64,000 nucleotides of DNA, from contig NC_088813.1 of the NCBI RefSeq assembly GCF_011386835.1, positions 12,028,001 to 12,092,000 on the forward strand, written 5' to 3'. The notes beneath the pieces were generated by a model that saw nothing but the letters and a program-made list of their open reading frames with translations, did no database searches and was not told where the DNA came from. Shown one piece after another: positions 60,666-64,000 of the stretch. The translations under genes were made by a program, and so were the position numbers. This stretch comes from Chrysemys picta bellii. Taxonomy: Eukaryota. How positions within the stretch are numbered: the first letter of the stretch is position 1; every line of letters begins with the position of its first letter.

Positions 60666-62901
60666 TTGTAAAAATGTAATAAGAAAAGCCAAAGAAGAGT
60701 TTGAAGAACAGCTAGCCAAAAACTCAAAAGGTAATAAAATGTTTTTTAAGTACATCAGAAGCAGGAAGCCTGCTAAACAACCAGTGGGGCCTCTCAATGA
60801 TCAAGATACAAAAGGAGCACTTAAAGACGATAAAGTCATTGCGGAGAAACTAATCTAATTCTTTCCTTCAGTCTTCACGGCTGAGGTTGTTAGGGAGATT
60901 CCCAAACCTGACCCGGCTTTTGTAGGTGACAAATCTGAGGAACTGTCACGGATTGAAGTGTCACTAGAGGAGGTTTTGGAATTAATTGATAAACTTAACA
61001 TTAACAAGTCACCGGGACCAGATGGCATTCACCCAAGAGTTCTGAAAGAACTCAAAGGTGATGTTGCAGAACTATTAACTAGGGTTTATAACCTGTCCTT
61101 TAAATCGGCTTCTGTACCCAACGATAGCTAATGTAACACCAATATTTAAAAAGGGCTCTAGAGGTGATCCCGGCAATTACAGACCGGTAAGTCTAGCGTC
61201 GGTACCGGGCAAATTAGTCGAAACAATAGTAAAGAATAAAATTTTCAGACACATAGAAGAACATAAATTGTTGGGCAGAAGTCAACATGGTTTCTGTAAA
61301 GGGAAATCGTGTCTTACTAATCTATTAGAGTTCTTTGAAGGGGTCAATAAACATGTGGACAAGGGGGATCCAGTGGACATAGTGTACTTAGATTTCCAGA
61401 AAGCCTTTGACAAGGTCCCTCACCAAAGGCTCTTACGTAAATTAAGTTGTCATGGGATAAAAGGGAAGCTCCTTTCATGGATTGAGAACTGGTTAAAAGA
61501 CAGGGAACAAAGGCCTGGTCCACACTAACCCCCCACTTCAAACTAAGATACGCAACTTAGTTCGAACTTACCGCGGGTCCAGACGCGGCAGGCAGGCTCC
61601 CCCGTCGACGCCGCATACTCCTCTCGAGGAGCAGGAGTACCAGCATCGAGGGCGAGCACTTCCGGGATCGATTTATCGCGTCTAGACAAGATGCAATAAA
61701 TCGAACCCAGAAGATCGATTGCTTACCGCCGGACCCGGAGGTAAGTATAGACGTACCCAAAGAGTAGGAATTAATGGTAAATTCTCAGAATGGAGAGGGG
61801 TAACTAGTGGTGTTCCCCAAGGGTCAGTCCTAGGACCAATCCTATTCAACTTATTCATAAATGATCTGGAGAAAGGGGTAAAAAGTGAGGTGGCAAAGTT
61901 TGCAGATGATACTAAACTGCTCAAGATAGTTAAGACCAAAGCAGACTGTGAAGAACTTCAAAAAGATCTCACAAAACTAAGTGATTGGGCAACAAAATGG
62001 CAAATGAAATTTAATGTGGATAAATGTAAAGTAATGCACATTGGAAAAAATAACCCCAACTATACATACAATATGAAGGGGGCTAATTTAGCTACAACTA
62101 ATCAGGAAAAAGATCTTGGAGTCATCGTGGATAGTTCTCTGAAGATGTCCACGCAGTGTGCAGAGGCGGTCAAAAAAGCAAACAGGATGTTAGGAATCAT
62201 TAAAAGGGGATAGAGAATAAGAAGGAGAATATATTATTGCCCTTATATAATTCGATGGTACACCCACATCTTGAATACTGCGTACAGATGTGATCTCATC
62301 TCAAAAAAGATATACTGGCACTAGAAAAGGTTCAGAGAAGGGCAACTAAAATGATTAGGGGTTTGGAACGGGTCCCATATGAGGAGAGATTAAAGAGGCT
62401 AGGACTTTTCAGCTTGGAAAAGAGGAGACTAAGGGGGGATATGATAGAGGTATATAAAATCATGAGTGGTGTGGAGAAAGTGAATAAGGAAAAGTTATTT
62501 ACTTGTTCCCATCATATAAGAACTAGGGGCCACCAAATGAAATTAATGGGCAGCAGGTTTAAAACAAATAAAAGGAAGTTCTTCTTCACACAGCGCACAG
62601 TCAACTTGTGGAACTCCTTACCTGAGGAGGTTGTGAAGGCTAGGACTATAATAGTGTTTAAAAGAGAACTGGATAAATTCATGGAGGTTAAGTCCATTAA
62701 TGGCTATTAGGCAGGATGGGTAAGGAATGGTGTCCCTAGACTCTGTTTGTCAGAGGGTGGAGATGGATGGCAGGAGAGAGATCACTTGATCATTACCTGT
62801 TAGGTTCACTCCCTCTGGGACACCTGACATTGGCCACTGTCGGTAGACAGGATACTGGGTTAGATGGACCTTTGGTCTGACCCAGTACGGTCGTTCTTAT
62901 G
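60666..62901 (+). mobile_element. 5'-truncated CR1 LINE, ORF2 reverse transcriptase region (inactivated)
   Basis: QHGFCKGKSCLTNLLEFFE, DIVYLDFQKAFDKVPH, GVPQGSVLGPILFNLFINDL, FADDTKL; stops and frameshifts; tail gttcttatg. Confidence 0.97.
61512..61758. mobile_element. PIF/Harbinger-type MITE inserted in the CR1 reverse transcriptase region
   Basis: TIRs ggcctggtccacact / agtatagacgtaccc; 3-bp TSD AAA. Removing it restores ...WLKDREQRVGINGKFSEW. Confidence 0.9.
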
Positions 62902-63897
62902 AGCACTGGTAGAATAATGATATCGCAAGTATCAAAGAAATGAAGTCTGGACAATTGAGAACGGAAGGGAGCTTTTTGGAAAGACTGTTTGTTAACACAT
63001 ATTTAACTCAAACACCCAACAAACCATCAGGGGTAAAGATCTCTGTTAAAGAGCCAACCTTTCCTTTACTTCTCACACATGGGGTCACTGGTTCTCCCAG
63101 GAAAGCGACACTAAAACAGGGATGATCAAACATGATATACCAGCTATTTCTAAGATTAAAATGTAGCAAAAATAAATCCCCCCAGTTCCATCACGAAGCA
63201 GGAAACAAAAGCACAAAGGCGATATTCCCCCAACCCCACCCCTTTGAGGACAATGGAAAGAGCTGGGAGGAGTTTTGCAGATGTCCAGGCTGAGCCTGGT
63301 TAGGGTGTGTGTGGTCCTTGTTGCTTTATGAGACTTGCAGAAACACGGAATGCTTTGTTCCAGGCTGAATAGGAAAGTTAGCCCCAAATTAGCACTAATG
63401 TGAGGTCATTTAACCCTTACGGGAGGTCTTTGGATGAAATCATAATAGAAGCAGGCAAGAGTAGGGACAGGCCAATCATGGAACCCGCAGAGGTTTTGTC
63501 CAACACTGACAAATTATCACACTTAGGCGGAGGTCAAAAATGTAAATACTCCAAGTGCAGCTGACAGCAAACATCCCCCTGCTGGGCTGCTTATTCCTTG
63601 AACAGGTGCTGCTCACAAATCCCCCTGCAATGGCTGGAGATTTCGCTCATTATTCCCACCGGGTTTCAGCCCCATGGTCAGAATTAGAGGTGAACTGGAG
63701 CTGAATGGCACCGCGGGGTCTATCAATCCAGCGTGTTCACTGGTATAATGGTTGCGTGATCTAGGCGGCTCTCTCTGCAATTTCTTTGTCCTGCCCTTGA
63801 AACAGGATCCGCTCTTTCATTGCCAGTGAAAAGGATTGTGTGTGGTTTGCTCTGGGCATGTAGAAACCTGTGAGCAAGTGGAAGCTCCCATAGGCAC

Positions 63898-64000
63898 CAG
63901 GGCCGGCTCCAGGCACCAGCCGACCAAGCACATGCTTAGGGCGGCACCTTGGAAGGGGCAGCCAATTTTGGGGTGGCGGGGGCGCTCGGGGTTTTTTGTT
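63898..64000. mobile_element. hAT-type MITE cut by the window edge
   Basis: Starts cagggccggctccagg, identical to the 28725 TIR. Confidence 0.8.

Overview
Vertebrate genomic DNA, almost certainly a turtle, judged from its repeats (PsCR1-type CR1 LINE ends, a tortoise-type tRNA-derived SINE with a CR1 tail, abundant hAT and PIF/Harbinger MITEs). The window holds one complete protein-coding gene, GRHL3 (Grainyhead-like 3), on the minus strand. I reconstructed 16 GT-AG coding exons from 44598 down to the stop at 891-893, giving 1812 nt or 603 aa. A candidate polyA signal lies at 140-145 and a CpG-free promoter at about 44600-44900. The rest is intronic or upstream DNA dense in transposons. Most striking: (i) intron 2 holds a Penelope-like foldback insertion with perfect 150-bp inverted arms, each carrying a minimal hammerhead-ribozyme motif, nested in a Harbinger MITE; (ii) a 1.6-kb hAT element appears to be built from two copies of the same transposase 3' end; (iii) six ACAGGTR motifs cluster in the core promoter; (iv) the residue after Thr454 is Glu, so the mammalian proline-directed phosphosite is absent. 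Comparisons with human GRHL3 and repeat family names are from memory, not database searches. No CRISPR, rRNA or bona fide tRNA genes were seen.
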